IMG/VR virus record: IMGVR_UViG_3300034061_006011
Length of the DNA: 64,000 bases
Origin: a virus
Taxonomy: Duplodnaviria > Caudoviricetes
Reading direction: 5' to 3' (one strand)
The first letter of the stretch is position 1. Each line of letters opens with the position of its first letter. A program made the position numbers and the translations under genes. Shown piece after piece: positions 37,936 through 47,343 of this stretch. The notes under the pieces are model-generated. The model was not told where the DNA came from and did not search any database. It saw nothing but the letters and a program-made list of their open reading frames with translations.

Positions 37936-38417
37936 CGACCTTCCAACCTATAAACTCCTCGTTTAACCTTAGAACAGATATAACCATCTGATTCCAATTC
38001 TTGACGAGCTAGTTTGAAATTATTGTTCAAACCCGGAATAGAATAATTTAAACTTGAAAACATTTTACATATTTCAGAAAAAGAAATTTCTTTATTGTCA
38101 ATAATACGTTCTTTAATCTTTTCTCTAATATAACGAGAAGATTTGTCTTTTGTTGCGTTCTTTTCAAGAACAGCAACATCAGTCCCAAATCCTTCAGTTG
38201 CATTCTTGACATAATTAGAATCACAAAATATATTTGCGATTTCTTCAAGACCAACTGCGTTTTCAGCTTCATTAGCCTTGAGTGCTTCAACTTTAATGTT
38301 AAAACACTCAATGAATTCTGATAAAGACAACAAATTGTTATAGCCTGTGACTATATTTTTGCCATCTGGACACTTAAGCATGACATAATCTGGAGTCATA
38401 GTATCTCCTAAAATCAA
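37932..38417 (-). CDS. Hypothetical protein, possible C-terminal winged helix
   Basis: Directly downstream of recA; SFSEIC...ARQELESDGYICSKVKRGVYRL. Confidence 0.5.
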   Translation of the reverse strand: MILGDTMTPDYVMLKCPDGKNIVTGYNNLLSLSEFIECFNIKVEALKANEAENAVGLEEIANIFCDSNYVKNATEGFGTDVAVLEKNATKDKSSRYIREKIKERIIDNKEISFSEICKMFSSLNYSIPGLNNNFKLARQELESDGYICSKVKRGVYRLEGR

Positions 38418-39616
38418 GCTAAAAGGTCGTCTACTTCTATATCAACATCATCATCTGCTTCGACAACCTCTCCAGACACTTTATAGTTTATCACATCAGA
38501 ATAAATTTGCAAATATTCCTTCATCTCTTCAGGTGTAGCATCTAATATTTGTGCATATTCCTCTGCAATTTCATTAGGAATATCATTTCTTTCCATAGAT
38601 GACTTAAACTTAACCTCTTTGCCACCAGTAAATTCTGGATTTACTAAGAAATTACCAGCTCCATTAGCAATAATTCTTCCAGAATCCAGTAATGCGCCCA
38701 GAACACCACCCAATGGATTCATCCCTCTATCAAAATAAAGAGGAATATTATCAACTTCAACAAACGGACGATAAGATCTATTTTTCTTATTCTGAACCTT
38801 AATATTGATCCCAAGAATCTTTTTCTTAGCTGATCCAGCAACGCTCTGCTCAATCTTCTTTTGAGTCTGACTACGCATTCTCAAACTGGCATAGAAAGGC
38901 AATCCTTGCCCACCACCTGCTGTGGTTTCTGGGTTTCCATACATAACCCCAATCTTGTCTCTAATTTGATTCAGAACGACGACAGTAACATCATTCTGTT
39001 CCATCTCTGTATTAAGTTTTCTTAGTTCTTTAGAACAAATCTTAGCCCTTTCTCCGGGCTGTTCATTTCCACCAACAATACGCTTGAAATCAGCTTTGCT
39101 ATATCCTTCAGGTAGTTTTGTTTCTCTTAGTTCTCTTGAACTTGGAGAAACGCTGATTGAATCATAAACAATGCAAATTGGAACTTCGATTTTCTTTGTT
39201 TTTCGGATATAATCAATAACACGATAGATTGTTGAAAAACAATCTTCTAGTGTTTCTGGAGTGTATCTTAAAATCTTAGAGATATCACATTTTGTGGCTT
39301 TTTGAATGAATTCACCATTGATTGCATTTTCTGTATCAAGGATGATTCCAATTCCACCCATTCGCTGAATGCCAGCAAGGATGTTTGCGCCAATAAGACT
39401 TTTGCTAGATGCCGATGGACCATAAATTTCAGATAGTCTGCCACCGGGAATACCACCACCGTAAAACTTGCCAGAACAAGAATAATTAATTGCAAAATTG
39501 CCTGTGTCTACAAAATATCTTGCTTGATCAAGATCTGCTACTACTTTTGCGCCAGTGGCGCTTGCAATATCGGTGTATAAATCAGAGGAGTTAGAATCTT
39601 TCTTTTGACGAGCCAT
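38414..39616 (-). CDS. recA: RecA/UvsX recombinase
   Basis: GGIPGGRLSEIYGPSASSKS, LDTEN, IVYDSIS, VLNQIRDKIGVMYGNPETTAGG, PFYASLR. Confidence 0.93.
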   Translation of the reverse strand: MARQKKDSNSSDLYTDIASATGAKVVADLDQARYFVDTGNFAINYSCSGKFYGGGIPGGRLSEIYGPSASSKSLIGANILAGIQRMGGIGIILDTENAINGEFIQKATKCDISKILRYTPETLEDCFSTIYRVIDYIRKTKKIEVPICIVYDSISVSPSSRELRETKLPEGYSKADFKRIVGGNEQPGERAKICSKELRKLNTEMEQNDVTVVVLNQIRDKIGVMYGNPETTAGGGQGLPFYASLRMRSQTQKKIEQSVAGSAKKKILGINIKVQNKKNRSYRPFVEVDNIPLYFDRGMNPLGGVLGALLDSGRIIANGAGNFLVNPEFTGGKEVKFKSSMERNDIPNEIAEEYAQILDATPEEMKEYLQIYSDVINYKVSGEVVEADDDVDIEVDDLLA

Positions 39617-39637
39617 ACCACACTCCGTGTAATAAAA

Positions 39638-39668
39638 ATGAGACTCAACCTAATAGAGTGAGTCTCAT
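39638..39668. terminator. Hairpin between divergent genes
   Basis: atgagactca/tgagtctcat 10-bp inverted repeat. Confidence 0.5.
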
Positions 39669-39741
39669 CAAAATTTTCCTAATTTCATAAAATTATCTAG
39701 TGTTTAATAAATACGTTTAACTGTTTTAGAAATGAGAAAAA

Positions 39742-40173
39742 ATGTCAATACCTTTACGATTTACCGAATGGTTGGAAGAAAGAGATAACGAATTACATGA
39801 ATCTCTTAAAAGATGGATTGCAGGAATAGGTGCTGGTGCAACTTTAGCTGCCGGTGCTGCTGGATTACTACCTTCATCTAAACTAAAACAACCAGCAAGT
39901 CAACAAATAGGAAATTCTTCTGTTTCCGTAGAGCACGAAAAAAATGAAAAAGGTCAGACCTATTTTTGGTCTTTCAGCTTCAGGAATTATAGCGGTTCAT
40001 CTCAAGAAGCAAAAAAAGAAGCTATGAATCAAGTTAGAGAAGAACTTTTACGACAATTTGGTCGTGCATCAGGTATCGTAGCCGAAGTGCAAAGCGATGA
40101 TGGAAAAGGAAATATCGTCGTTGATGTAACGCAAGTTAATACATCAAGCGTTCGTGCTGCAAATAACGATTAA
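39742..40173 (+). CDS. Leader-bearing protein with Gly/Ala hydrophobic segment
   Basis: RFTEWLEE...LHES then WIAGIGAGATLAAGAAG; ATAAATA at 39707. Confidence 0.65.
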   Translation: MSIPLRFTEWLEERDNELHESLKRWIAGIGAGATLAAGAAGLLPSSKLKQPASQQIGNSSVSVEHEKNEKGQTYFWSFSFRNYSGSSQEAKKEAMNQVREELLRQFGRASGIVAEVQSDDGKGNIVVDVTQVNTSSVRAANND

Positions 40174-40191
40174 AATACTTATCATTCAGAT

Positions 40192-40758
40192 TTAAGGTTC
40201 AATCGTTGCGTCATTAGATGTGATTTTAATTTTTACTCGATGAACAGCATTAGAAAACTCTCGAATTATTTTAGCGTATAATGCGTTTTCATTCTTATCT
40301 ACAAATATCTTCTTTAATCCTCTAATAGCTGACCCTTGCATATTCATTTTGCCAGTTTCACGCATGATCAATCTAATTAACATTTGTTTTGCTTCTTCTT
40401 TTGAAGGGGCTTCAATTGTTGCTTCAATCTCAACAACAGCTTCCATCTTGCCTTGATGATGTTCCTCGATAATTTCAATCAAAAGATCCTGCACATGAGG
40501 ATCTCTTTTAACTGCTCTAATAATTTGTTCCTTGTACATTGTCCAAGATTTAATAAATCGTTCGTCATCACCAAGTTGCTTGTGAGACGTAATTGGGTTC
40601 GTCAACGTAGAACCCGAAAAATGATGAACAGAAGGTTCTTCCGCTTTAGATTGACCAGCAAACATTGAAGCTGCACCTAACGCTAAACCACCAAGCAAAC
40701 CAAGTCTGCCTTCATCCAATTGAGATTCTCTTAATTGAACATATTCATGAAATTTCAT
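40192..40758 (-). CDS. Leader-bearing protein with Gly/Ala hydrophobic segment
   Basis: MKFHEYVQLRESQLDEG then LGLLGGLALGAASMFAG. Confidence 0.7.
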   Translation of the reverse strand: MKFHEYVQLRESQLDEGRLGLLGGLALGAASMFAGQSKAEEPSVHHFSGSTLTNPITSHKQLGDDERFIKSWTMYKEQIIRAVKRDPHVQDLLIEIIEEHHQGKMEAVVEIEATIEAPSKEEAKQMLIRLIMRETGKMNMQGSAIRGLKKIFVDKNENALYAKIIREFSNAVHRVKIKITSNDATIEP

Positions 40759-40770
40759 TCGAATCCTTTG

Positions 40771-41469
40771 TTAGAATGGTTTAGTTCTAAAATTTTGAAC
40801 AACATTGTACAAATAACCAATCATGTTTTCATCACTTTGTTTTGCTTCTTCTAAATTTTTAATATGTATTTTTAATTTTTCTGGGTAATTATTTGATATA
40901 ACTTGTTCTTTAAATTTTTTGCTTACAATTGCTGTATTACTTAAAAAGTTTTCCATCCAACTTGCAATAGCAGGATTGCTTGCATATTTTTCCATAATCG
41001 AGTCTTTATTATCTATTAATTTTTTAATCAATTGTTGAAATTCACGGATGATGATCCTTTTTGATTCATTTTCCCCAAGAGGAGTTGATTGTGCTGACGT
41101 ATCTGTCGATGGCGCTGCTTCTGCCTTTTGTTTATTTAGATAACGATCATACTTAGAACCCGGAACAGGTTTTAAATTAAATCTTACAAAAAGTGATTCT
41201 ACATCAAATTCGCCATCATTATCAATCGAGAAATCTTTTATAGTATAAATGCTTCCACTTTTTGTATGAATGTCATAGTTATATCCATTGGTTTCTGAAG
41301 GTTGATTTACACTTACAATAATGCTTGTTCTTTCAATTCGTTTTTCTGGTATTCCTAAAGTAAAAGGATTACCATGAGCCTTATCACGATGATGAAAAAC
41401 CGTTGCTTCGTCAGCAAAAATATGATCTCCAGCACCTTCTCTTAACTGAACATATTCATGAAACTTCAT
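40771..41469 (-). CDS. Leader-bearing hypothetical protein
   Basis: MKFHEYVQLREG; ACTAAATA (41495-41502) and AGGAG RBS. Confidence 0.7.
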   Translation of the reverse strand: MKFHEYVQLREGAGDHIFADEATVFHHRDKAHGNPFTLGIPEKRIERTSIIVSVNQPSETNGYNYDIHTKSGSIYTIKDFSIDNDGEFDVESLFVRFNLKPVPGSKYDRYLNKQKAEAAPSTDTSAQSTPLGENESKRIIIREFQQLIKKLIDNKDSIMEKYASNPAIASWMENFLSNTAIVSKKFKEQVISNNYPEKLKIHIKNLEEAKQSDENMIGYLYNVVQNFRTKPF

Positions 41470-41516
41470 ATGATTCTCCTGATTTTTACAAAACTATTTA
41501 GTGTATAAACAAGAAA

Positions 41517-42038
41517 TTATCCTTGTTGACCGAGTGGATTGTATGTTTGTCCGTACTCATACTTTGCGATTCTATAAAATTTGCCTTCGTCCTCTTTAAC
41601 AAGATAATCTTGAGGTTTCAAAGTCATTTTTTTGTTCCAAGGCGAAATGAACTCAACATGTTCATTACCTGTGTACAAAGCAACCATTCTAGGACTTTGT
41701 TCTGGACGCACAGGTCCACCAATGTTTCCTACATAAGATTTTGAAAATTTTTCAGGCTTAACAACATATTGTTCACGACTAGGTCCACTCACAATAATGT
41801 CATTAACTTCAACTGTATTAGTAGTTTCTTCGCCATCCTCGGTAACAGTAACAATCGGTTTTGACTCTTGTGATACTGTGTAGGAAAAAGGAGGCATATT
41901 TTCATCTGTAGCAACATAATTATAATTTTTATTTTGTTTAGTAGTTGGTAAAAATTTTAGACCAGCAGCAACTTCTTCTATGTTGATGGTATTAACAGCA
42001 TTTTCTCGCATAAGATAATATTCTTGAAAACTTTTCAT
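41517..42038 (-). CDS. Leader-bearing protein with internally duplicated PGDYG-like domain
   Basis: MKSFQEYYLMRE; NDIIVSGPSREQYVVKPEKFSKSY and QDYLVKEDEGKFYRIAKYEYGQTY; ACTAAATA (42055-42062). Confidence 0.6.
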   Translation of the reverse strand: MKSFQEYYLMRENAVNTINIEEVAAGLKFLPTTKQNKNYNYVATDENMPPFSYTVSQESKPIVTVTEDGEETTNTVEVNDIIVSGPSREQYVVKPEKFSKSYVGNIGGPVRPEQSPRMVALYTGNEHVEFISPWNKKMTLKPQDYLVKEDEGKFYRIAKYEYGQTYNPLGQQG

Positions 42039-42073
42039 AACTTTCTCCTTGAGTTATTTAGTATATAAACAAA

Positions 42074-42101
42074 AAAACACCCATAAAAATATGGGTGTTT
42101 T
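42074..42101 (-). terminator. Intrinsic terminator after the SSB gene
   Basis: aaaacacccata/tatgggtgtttt 12-bp stem with U-run. Confidence 0.75.
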
Positions 42102-42122
42102 CTGACAATTGTTCAGCAAATA

Positions 42123-43070
42123 TTACTTTCTGCCAAATCCAATATTTCCAAGCTGTGCTTCCATGTCATCATCAAGCATGCCATCAATCCCATCCAAAAG
42201 ACTGCTTTCAACTTTAGGCGCAGATTTTGACTGTGTTGATGACTTAAATGTAGCTTGTTTAGGTTCAGATTGACTGTTGCCATTATCAAGAAAAGCAGTC
42301 AATGCTTCTTCCATCTGATCAATTGTCAGATAAGTTGGAATTACTTCCAAATCATGATAAGACGTTAACCATCTATTGATCTGTTCCTTTGTGCCCAACT
42401 GAGAAGCATCTTCAAAGAAACTTTGATCGTAGTTTGGAAATCCATCCTTGCCACGAAGAACCTTAACAACCTTGAAGTCTCTGCCACTCAATGGATGAGC
42501 AACATCGCCCAAAGCTCGCTTGCCTGTTGTCTCGTTCCCTGAAATTGAAAGACAAATAATATTGTGAACAGTCTTTCCACAAGAAAAAATCTTGGGTCCA
42601 ATATTCGTTTCAATATTATTGGTCTTAGGATTCAGCTGAGACCTAACGATACAATTGTAGTAGTATCGTTCGACTGGCTTAATTGATCGAGCTTTCTCTT
42701 GAATACTTTTTGCTCGATCAGGAGGCATCTTTTTAGATTTCTCCCACATAGCATTGTATTCACGACAAATTGGACAATCAGTGTCTGGGTTAACAGCTTT
42801 CCACTGTGGACCTCTTGGTGTATGTGTCAACCTCCTTGTGCAAAAAATTGTTTTTGCATTTGGATATTCACCAAGGCGATGAATTCTTGTGGGGTGAAAA
42901 AATGGTTTGCCCTTAAGCTTAGGCAACAACCTAAGCAAAACAAATCCATCTTTTTCTGGCATACGAACGTAATTATCGTTAATGCCGCCACTATTTTGTT
43001 CTTTGTTTAATCTCTCTGCTTCTTTTGTGATATCGCCAATATCTAGCGTATCCAATTCATAGTCTGCCAT
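42123..43070 (-). CDS. T4 gp32-like single-stranded DNA-binding protein
   Basis: LRLLP, CPIC, YYYNCIV, IFSCGKTV, GRDFKVVK, FPNYDQSFF, acidic tail. Confidence 0.8.
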   Translation of the reverse strand: MADYELDTLDIGDITKEAERLNKEQNSGGINDNYVRMPEKDGFVLLRLLPKLKGKPFFHPTRIHRLGEYPNAKTIFCTRRLTHTPRGPQWKAVNPDTDCPICREYNAMWEKSKKMPPDRAKSIQEKARSIKPVERYYYNCIVRSQLNPKTNNIETNIGPKIFSCGKTVHNIICLSISGNETTGKRALGDVAHPLSGRDFKVVKVLRGKDGFPNYDQSFFEDASQLGTKEQINRWLTSYHDLEVIPTYLTIDQMEEALTAFLDNGNSQSEPKQATFKSSTQSKSAPKVESSLLDGIDGMLDDDMEAQLGNIGFGRK

Positions 43071-43118
43071 TTTCGTCTGCCTTTCTCTGCAAAGCTAGGT
43101 CTTAACCTGACCTAAAGG

Positions 43119-43406
43119 TTACACCATCGGTGTCTCGTTATTATGCTCAACTGGTTGTTCTTTGTCAAGAACTTTTTCCTGTTCAGCAATCTGTGATTCT
43201 AACTGCTCAAGTATCTTCATGTTATGTTCGAGTCTTTGAAGAATTTCTTCTCGACTCAAATACTTAGATTCTCTTGCCTCAAATTCCTTTTCAAGCCTAT
43301 CTTCTTCTCTTCTCTGTTTGCGAATATCTTCTCTGCGAGCAAGAACTCGTTTTCGAGCTTCTACTTTACGAGCTTTATTCTTCTGATCTTTCTGTCGCTG
43401 GTTCAT
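43119..43406 (-). CDS. Charged coiled-coil hypothetical protein
   Basis: 95 aa, R/K/E-rich. Confidence 0.55.
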   Translation of the reverse strand: MNQRQKDQKNKARKVEARKRVLARREDIRKQRREEDRLEKEFEARESKYLSREEILQRLEHNMKILEQLESQIAEQEKVLDKEQPVEHNNETPMV

Positions 43407-43411
43407 ATTAA

Positions 43412-44125
43412 TTACCTCAACTTTGGCATTGATCCTGATGACCTATCACCCTGCCAGTTTAACAAATCATTGTTTCCTCTTTTACTTGCATTCATATCAT
43501 TGTCAAACTCTAAAGAATTATTCGCAGGAATAAAATATTCATCAGAAACATCAATAGGATTACCATTATCATCATTTGTTGAAATTGTCATTCCAATTCC
43601 ACTCGGACTAAGCTTTTCTGCATAAACTGGATATTTTTTATTAATTGTAAACTTATATGGGAATCTAGTTTTATCCATTTGCAATGGTGGGATAAAAATA
43701 ACATTCTTAATTATTCTTCGTTCTTTATTACTTTCAACTTTTTTTTGAAGTTGTGCAAAATCAGACTTTGGTGTAAAATCTTTATGCGTGATAGCTTCAC
43801 AAGCAGGTTGTGGAGGCTTTTCAGGCGTTGATTCAATTAAATTAAATTCTGTAACCGTATCATTATGTCCAAACTTATGACCATTTATAGAAAATCCATT
43901 CTTACTAATCTTAAAACTAACATTCTTTTTAACATAAGAATATATTTCTACATCATGTATAAATATATCTCTTCTAGCAAGCTGTGACATGATATAACAT
44001 GCTATCTTGTCAAGTGGATATTCTTCTTCAATTTGACCGAATTTTTTCTTTAAGATTAGACTTTCGTTTCGGTCATAATCAAGATTGTCTTTGTGTTTAT
44101 AATATTTAAATATGATCTCATACAT
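43412..44125 (-). CDS. Hypothetical protein
   Basis: 237 aa ORF in replication operon. Confidence 0.6.
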   Translation of the reverse strand: MYEIIFKYYKHKDNLDYDRNESLILKKKFGQIEEEYPLDKIACYIMSQLARRDIFIHDVEIYSYVKKNVSFKISKNGFSINGHKFGHNDTVTEFNLIESTPEKPPQPACEAITHKDFTPKSDFAQLQKKVESNKERRIIKNVIFIPPLQMDKTRFPYKFTINKKYPVYAEKLSPSGIGMTISTNDDNGNPIDVSDEYFIPANNSLEFDNDMNASKRGNNDLLNWQGDRSSGSMPKLR

Positions 44126-44133
44126 GATGTAAA

Positions 44134-44733
44134 TTAGTTATCCTTAAAAAAATCTTTTTCCATTTCAACAAGATCTACGTTACATTGTTTAATTAAGAAC
44201 CTGCTACCAACAGAATAGTCAGGTTCATTATCTTTTAAACAAAAAAGTTTCTTTATTCCAGAATTGATAATTAATTTAGTACATTCTATGCATGGCAAAG
44301 TACACCATGCAAACATATGAGCATCTTGTAAATCACATGATGCATTTACAATTGCATTTGTTTCTGCGTGAACACAAGAACACAATTCTAATCTTTTACC
44401 TGAAGGACATCCAAGAATCTTTCTTGGACATACTTTTTCATAAGCAAAATCTCTAACAAATTTATCCTCATCAAAGCTTTCGTAATTTTTATTTTTCGCA
44501 ATGCAATTTTTATCTTCATCTGTCAATTGAGGAAGAAATATATTTTTTAAATGTTCTGGGCTATCACAATGTGGCGCACCTCTTGGAGGACCATTGTACC
44601 CCATGCCAACCACCTTGGTAAGATTGGCGTTAAGTATAACAACGCCAATCTTCCTTGAATAACATGGATTTTTTAATTCGCCAAATAATTTGGCAGTCAA
44701 CATATACTTTTTGACGAATTCCATGTTAAACAT
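44134..44733 (-). CDS. dCMP deaminase
   Basis: RKIGVV, GYNGPP, CVHAETNAI, LPCIEC. Confidence 0.9.
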   Translation of the reverse strand: MFNMEFVKKYMLTAKLFGELKNPCYSRKIGVVILNANLTKVVGMGYNGPPRGAPHCDSPEHLKNIFLPQLTDEDKNCIAKNKNYESFDEDKFVRDFAYEKVCPRKILGCPSGKRLELCSCVHAETNAIVNASCDLQDAHMFAWCTLPCIECTKLIINSGIKKLFCLKDNEPDYSVGSRFLIKQCNVDLVEMEKDFFKDN

Positions 44734-45161
44734 TATGATCTCTCAGCATAATCAATGTTTAATCTATCCATTTCCTTACGCAACATGTGTCCACGATTGT
44801 GTCCATCCTCACGAGCAGCATTTAATGCTTGAAGATGTGCATACAACCTATCTTTATAATACTTAGCAGTAATACATACTTCTTTAGCATCAATACATTC
44901 TTGTTCACCTTCAGCATATAACTCTGCTGTTTTATCAGACTTTCCAGCATCTTTTTGAAGTTTAAACTTTTCAATAAATGTTTTCTTGTATGCAAGTTCA
45001 CAAGCTGAACTATATCTCATGCTATTTGCATGAGCGGCACCAACATAATCAATAATTCCACCAATCTTTTCAAAGAATTGGTTCAATGTAGCATCAGTAA
45101 ATACGAGATCTTTGTTGTCAATCGTCCATTCTTTTCCTAGAAACGAAATGCGTTCAACCAT
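44733..45161 (-). CDS. UvsY-like recombination mediator (by size, helical character and context)
   Basis: 142 aa helical ORF between helicase and dCMP deaminase. Confidence 0.45.
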   Translation of the reverse strand: MVERISFLGKEWTIDNKDLVFTDATLNQFFEKIGGIIDYVGAAHANSMRYSSACELAYKKTFIEKFKLQKDAGKSDKTAELYAEGEQECIDAKEVCITAKYYKDRLYAHLQALNAAREDGHNRGHMLRKEMDRLNIDYAERS

Positions 45162-45201
45162 AAAGTCCTCCTGTTAAATTAACTTACCACTAGAAACAGA
45201 A

Positions 45202-46734
45202 TCAGTCAATTGGATTAGAAGGGTCGTTCTGTTTTTTCTTGTTCTTCTTTTTCTTATCATCAATAAGATGCGATGCATCACTTGCCACACTGTAAGTGTT
45301 AGCATCTTGCTGAGACTTATTATGCATCTTAGTTTTGTATTTTTCAAAATCTATTTCTGTGATTGTTAAGAATTCATTGTTATATTCAATAGGAAAATGA
45401 TATCTACTTTTCCCATTTCTATGCTTGACAACAAATACTCTACCAACTTGGGCACCAGCCTCATCAGTAGTTCTATTAATACTCCATAAACCATCCAAAG
45501 GTTTGAACATGTCAAATGAAGCGCCAATGTTACCCTCCTCAATAAATTCAGAACTGGAAAGTTCTGAAGCACTCTTGTTTGGTTGCATAGCTGTAAATAC
45601 AACCATTTTCTTCTCGCAAGCAAGACCCCTAAGATCCCTTATGATTCTATACTTGCTTTCCCAAACAGGAACCCCCGGTGCATCTTTCATTTCGCCCGGA
45701 TAATCAACTATCAACATATCTGGCACAAATCCATGCAACTCAAGTTGATTCAAATAAGCACGAATATCATTTACATCAATCGTTCCTGCCGGAAACTGCT
45801 TGACAACCAATCGATTCTTATCAGAGAAATTCATGATATCATATTCTATCATCTGTTTAATTTCATCTTTTTTGCTCATCAGTTTAGAATATGGAACGCA
45901 TGCATAAGCTGAAGTAAATCTTTTAGAGATTGAAACCCAATCCATTTCGACAGAAACGAATACTACTTTGTATCCTTTCTTGACATTTTCAACAGCAGCT
46001 TTTACTAAAGCAAGTGATTTACCAACACCGGGAAGAGCAATAAAAGCATAAATTTCACCTCGACGACAACCACCACCAGATAATTCAAAGTCTATAGACA
46101 AAAAGCCAGAAGTAAATTTATCTATTTTTTCGTCATCTTTATTAAGTTCTAGAAACATATTATCAATTTGTGTGAAGTATTCAAACCCTGCATCAAACGT
46201 CTTGGAAACCATCATGCAATTACGAAATCTTTCATAAACTTTTGCCCATGTTTCCTCGGAATCAGGATTCTTTTTAAGGTCTCTTTGCGATTCTTCCATA
46301 GCCAATCTAAGACTTTGAATCTTAGAAAAGTTTAGCAATTTTGTAAGTAATATATCTCTGGAAGATTGGTTTGGAATAAAATATTCGTATAATGATTCAA
46401 GTTCAGATTTATAATAAATTTTAATTGCATCAGGTTTTTCACGCACTTTTTCAAGTAATTCATTTTCCATAATAAATTTTTCAGGGATATTTTTTGTTTC
46501 ATCAAATAAATCAAAAAGTATTTTGCATATTTCTATGTGTACTTCATTTGAGAAGTATTGAGGGATAACTAATGCTTTACCTTGAATAAGAAAGTTTCTA
46601 TCTGTTAGCAGAATACCAAGCATGCGCCGCTGGAAATTTTCATCCCAACGGAATTTTGCTTGATAGTTTTGCTTCTGAAGCATAGCTTCAAGAAGTTTCT
46701 CTTGATCTTCAGTAAGTTTGCCGTCCATTGGCAC
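45202..46734 (-). CDS. Replicative DnaB/gp41-like helicase
   Basis: ALPGVGKS, VSVEM, LIVDY, FTAMQPN, VVKHRNG. Confidence 0.9.
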   Translation of the reverse strand: MPMDGKLTEDQEKLLEAMLQKQNYQAKFRWDENFQRRMLGILLTDRNFLIQGKALVIPQYFSNEVHIEICKILFDLFDETKNIPEKFIMENELLEKVREKPDAIKIYYKSELESLYEYFIPNQSSRDILLTKLLNFSKIQSLRLAMEESQRDLKKNPDSEETWAKVYERFRNCMMVSKTFDAGFEYFTQIDNMFLELNKDDEKIDKFTSGFLSIDFELSGGGCRRGEIYAFIALPGVGKSLALVKAAVENVKKGYKVVFVSVEMDWVSISKRFTSAYACVPYSKLMSKKDEIKQMIEYDIMNFSDKNRLVVKQFPAGTIDVNDIRAYLNQLELHGFVPDMLIVDYPGEMKDAPGVPVWESKYRIIRDLRGLACEKKMVVFTAMQPNKSASELSSSEFIEEGNIGASFDMFKPLDGLWSINRTTDEAGAQVGRVFVVKHRNGKSRYHFPIEYNNEFLTITEIDFEKYKTKMHNKSQQDANTYSVASDASHLIDDKKKKNKKKQNDPSNPID

Positions 46735-46740
46735 CTTCCG

Positions 46741-47295
46741 TTAGAGGTAAAGATGTTCGTGTTCTGAAAGTGAAACTTGACCAAAGCGGATATGTTTTTC
46801 TTTGGTAATCTTCTTACCGATATGTCTAGCAGCATTCCATATGATCTGCTTGGTGTAAATGATAAATTTTGTGTTAATATCAAGCCTCAACTTAATATCT
46901 GGTCTGTCTTCCTTGGGAACAAATTTTTTAACTAATTTCTCTAAAATTTCTTCTTGGGGATCACCAAATTTCCTTCGGTAAGCACCATGATGCGTCTTAT
47001 TCTTCCATAGATCCTTCAAAGAATCAAACACTTTACGAAATATTCCTTCTTGAGGAACATTTTTATCTAATATCTCAAAACTTGATTCGATATAAGTTTG
47101 TCTCTTGTAATAACTTCCAGCTCTAAGAACAGCCATAAGAAGTTCTTGTTTGATGTCTTCTACATCCAACTGATGGTTATTACGAGAGTTATTTTGCATC
47201 ATTTGCCAGCTAGCAAACAAACACAACTGACCAAATTTCTCTTCTAAAGCTAAAAATTCTTCCGCATCAATCCTGAAAAGGTCAAATATCTTCAT
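46741..47295 (-). CDS. Putative sigma-factor region-2-only protein (gp55-like)
   Basis: VEDIKQELLMAVLRA...KFIIYTKQIIWNAARH resembles sigma region 2.2-2.4 with an insertion; no region 4. Confidence 0.4.
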   Translation of the reverse strand: MKIFDLFRIDAEEFLALEEKFGQLCLFASWQMMQNNSRNNHQLDVEDIKQELLMAVLRAGSYYKRQTYIESSFEILDKNVPQEGIFRKVFDSLKDLWKNKTHHGAYRRKFGDPQEEILEKLVKKFVPKEDRPDIKLRLDINTKFIIYTKQIIWNAARHIGKKITKEKHIRFGQVSLSEHEHLYL

Positions 47296-47343
47296 AATAT
47301 GCCTCCTGAATTACTAATAGCTGAACCTTAGCTTGATTTTTAA

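Noticed and set aside
39382-39559. Inactive RecA because Walker A reads GPSASSKS
   Set aside because: Phage UvsX proteins tolerate non-Gly at this position (T4 UvsX has GPSKHFKS) and the other motifs are intact.
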